Below, piece after piece: positions 62,038 through 64,000 of a stretch of DNA of 64,000 bases. The notes below the pieces were generated by a model. It had not been told where the DNA came from. It saw only the letters and a program-made list of their open reading frames with translations, and ran no database searches. The position numbers and the translations under genes are program-made. The DNA is from an uncultured delta proteobacterium (GTDB lineage: Bacteria; Bdellovibrionota; FAC87; UBA2466), in contig CAVZSV010000004.1 of NCBI GenBank assembly GCA_963778115.1, forward strand, positions 2,144,001-2,208,000. Reading direction: 5' to 3'. The first letter of the stretch is position 1. Each line of letters begins with the position of its first letter.

Positions 62038-62490
62038 CTATTCGTTCTTGATGTCGTCGTCGGTCCCAGGTTCTCCGTCCGGCCCGTCTGAAGAGATGGT
62101 GTAGTTTTGGTAGTCTTCGCACTCATAGCGATACGGGTGTCCCCATGGATCGTTTTCTAACTTCTTCTTAGACAGGTAGCCATTATCCGGATAGTTCTCG
62201 GGAACTTTTCCCACCGATGGTTTATGGATCAGTGCATCCAACCCCTGAGACGTATGTGGATAAGACCCAGATGTCAGGTAATACGCTTGGAGGGCTTGTT
62301 CATAGGATTTGATCTGAAGCTTGGCGGTATCGATTTTGGCCTTCTTAAACTGATCGATGACCTTAACGCCGACCAAACTGAACAAAAGACCCACGATCGC
62401 GAGCACGATCATGATTTCGATAAGGGTGAACCCTTTTTGGTCCTTACGGATTTCGTAATTCCGCATTTTTCTCATTTGCATACTCATCAT
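62038..62490 (-). CDS. gspG: major pseudopilin GspG
   Basis: GFTLIEIMIV, AL..YY...G.YP.T.QGL.AL, DPWG.PY.Y, S.GPDG..GT.DDI. Confidence 0.95.
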   Translation of the reverse strand: MMSMQMRKMRNYEIRKDQKGFTLIEIMIVLAIVGLLFSLVGVKVIDQFKKAKIDTAKLQIKSYEQALQAYYLTSGSYPHTSQGLDALIHKPSVGKVPENYPDNGYLSKKKLENDPWGHPYRYECEDYQNYTISSDGPDGEPGTDDDIKNE

Positions 62491-62525
62491 AAATTCCAAT
62501 TCCTTCCTAAAACGATCCTTTAACC

Positions 62526-63743
62526 TCACTGTCCAGCGAGGTTATTGAGTTGTAGCATGGGCAAAAAGATCGATATAGCGACTAAAGCTATCATGCCTCC
62601 CATGAGCACAATCATAAGAGGCTCGAGCAGCCTTGTCATCGAATTGATGGCTACTTCAACCTGACCATCATACGCATCCGAAACCACATTGAGCATCTCT
62701 TCTAGCTCTCCTGTTTTCTCACCCACCGCTATCATGTGGGTCAAAATAGGGGGAAATTCACCGCTAGCTTTTAGGGGGCCCGCGATGGTTTTTCCTTCGC
62801 TAATGCTTTCTCTTGATTGGATAAGAGCTTTTCTGATCACCGCGTTATCAACCACATCTTTAACAATGTCGATGGCGTCCAGAAGCTGGACTCCGCTTCC
62901 GATCATGGTGCTTAACGTTCGCGCGAAACGCGACACCGCAATCATTCTAAGAAGTTTTCCCATGATTGGGATTTTAAGAGAAACGGTATCCCACCATTCC
63001 CTTCCTTTAGCGGTGCTCGTGTACCATTTAAACAGAAAAACGATCGAACAAAGAGCGATAATGATGGTAAGCCACTGGTTTGACATGAATTCGCTGATAG
63101 CGATCATGACGACCGTAATCGTAGGTAGTGGCATTTTGGAGCCTTCGAAAACTTCAGTGATCTTGGGAATAGCGAAAGCGAACAAAAAGATCGTAATACC
63201 GATTCCCGCAACAGAGATAACCGCGGGATAGGTCATGGCACCCAGCACCTTATTTCTTAGGGCCTGCTGAGATTCTGTATAATCAGCAAGACGCTTAAGC
63301 ACTAAGTCCAGGTTACCCGAGACTTCACCGACTCGAATCATGGATACAAAGATGGGAGAAAAGACTCGCGGGAAGTTCTTCATGCTGTCGGCTAGCGACT
63401 TTCCTTCGTTAACACTATCTCTAACTTGGGACATGACCGATTTTAATTTGGCGTCGTCGGACTGTTCAACGAGTGCCGCTAAAGCGTCATCAAGAGGGAT
63501 ACGGGCGCGAACCAGAGTCGCCATCTGCCTTGTCATCAGGGCCACACTTCGCGATTTGACTCCGCTTCCGGAAAAGGTGGATCGCTTCTCGCGCTCCTTA
63601 CCTCGGGCCTTTTCCTTAATTTCAGTGGTATAGATCCCCTTCGATTTTAGTCGGGTCCTCGCCGTCTTCGAATTTTCGGCTTCGATAGTGCCCTTGGCGG
63701 GCTTTCCTTCGGCACCGATTCCTTTGTATTCGAATAATGGCAT
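62526..63743 (-). CDS. gspF: type II secretion inner membrane platform protein GspF
   Basis: TRQ.ATL..A.IPL, GE.SG.L, A.TYP, GE.TG.L, LLEP. Confidence 0.96.
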   Translation of the reverse strand: MPLFEYKGIGAEGKPAKGTIEAENSKTARTRLKSKGIYTTEIKEKARGKEREKRSTFSGSGVKSRSVALMTRQMATLVRARIPLDDALAALVEQSDDAKLKSVMSQVRDSVNEGKSLADSMKNFPRVFSPIFVSMIRVGEVSGNLDLVLKRLADYTESQQALRNKVLGAMTYPAVISVAGIGITIFLFAFAIPKITEVFEGSKMPLPTITVVMIAISEFMSNQWLTIIIALCSIVFLFKWYTSTAKGREWWDTVSLKIPIMGKLLRMIAVSRFARTLSTMIGSGVQLLDAIDIVKDVVDNAVIRKALIQSRESISEGKTIAGPLKASGEFPPILTHMIAVGEKTGELEEMLNVVSDAYDGQVEVAINSMTRLLEPLMIVLMGGMIALVAISIFLPMLQLNNLAGQ

Positions 63744-63754
63744 AGCTTACCGTT

Positions 63755-64000
63755 CTACTCCTGCGTTACCGCGACCAATTCTATAGCAGTTGTGGTTCCA
63801 TCGAGAACTTTTTGAATGCCGCACTGCCGCAAGCTCACCATTCCTCGTTCGGTGGCTACTTTCTTAATCTGAGTGGCATCGCATTTTTCCATGATCTTGG
63901 CTCGGACCTCGTCGTCGATAATCATAAGCTCGTTCACGACCATTCGGCCCTTATATCCGGTGCCTCCGCACTCCCCACAGCCTTTGGTTCGGGTAATCTT
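63755..64000 (-). CDS. gspE: type II secretion ATPase GspE, C-terminal fragment (runs off the window)
   Basis: GCGECGGTGYKGR..V.EL, GM.SL...G..KV..G.TT..E. Confidence 0.9.
   Translation of the reverse strand, partial: KITRTKGCGECGGTGYKGRMVVNELMIIDDEVRAKIMEKCDATQIKKVATERGMVSLRQCGIQKVLDGTTTAIELVAVTQE

Noticed and set aside
62031..62126. Long N-terminal extension of GspH overlapping gspG
   Set aside because: Best explained as alternate-frame read of the gspG 3' end; GTG 62030 is a more plausible start

Overview
This is a gene-dense, mostly housekeeping 64-kb chromosomal segment. Gene content (TIGR02147, stand-alone FliG_C, ispE-spoVG linkage, delta-type T2SS, DUF3108 next to lpxL) suggests a Bdellovibrionota / former Deltaproteobacteria-like bacterium; this is inferred and no database search was run. 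It contains glpK, radA, a split transketolase, bamD, a GMP-reductase-like gene, groES-groEL and yacG. It also has a lipid A cluster (lpxD-lpxA-gnnA-like-lpxB-lpxK-lpxL fusion-GT2-cmk) with lpxH nearby, the rpsF-ssb/priB-rpsR-DUF2232-rplI operon, a complete rRNA operon (16S-tRNA-Ile-23S-5S), lepB, an ABC exporter, tandem DegT aminotransferases and most of a type II secretion operon (gspE partial through gspN). No transposase, prophage or CRISPR array was seen. Most notable observations: (1) a 649-aa in-frame fusion of an LpxL acyltransferase to a DUF3108 module through an internal signal-peptide/lipobox-like segment, possibly a polyprotein or a lipid A synthesis-export coupling; (2) a four-gene operon with a sigma-28-like promoter (stand-alone sigma region-4 HTH, large acidic protein, RDD protein, rhomboid protease); (3) a CTAG-rich intergenic palindrome next to a 6-bp-periodic TAG array; (4) a GnnA-type gene implying diamino-glucose lipid A; (5) an ITS tRNA-Ile whose anticodon arm is one base short; (6) an RGG-repeat extension on S18 and a Cys-rich insertion in GspK.
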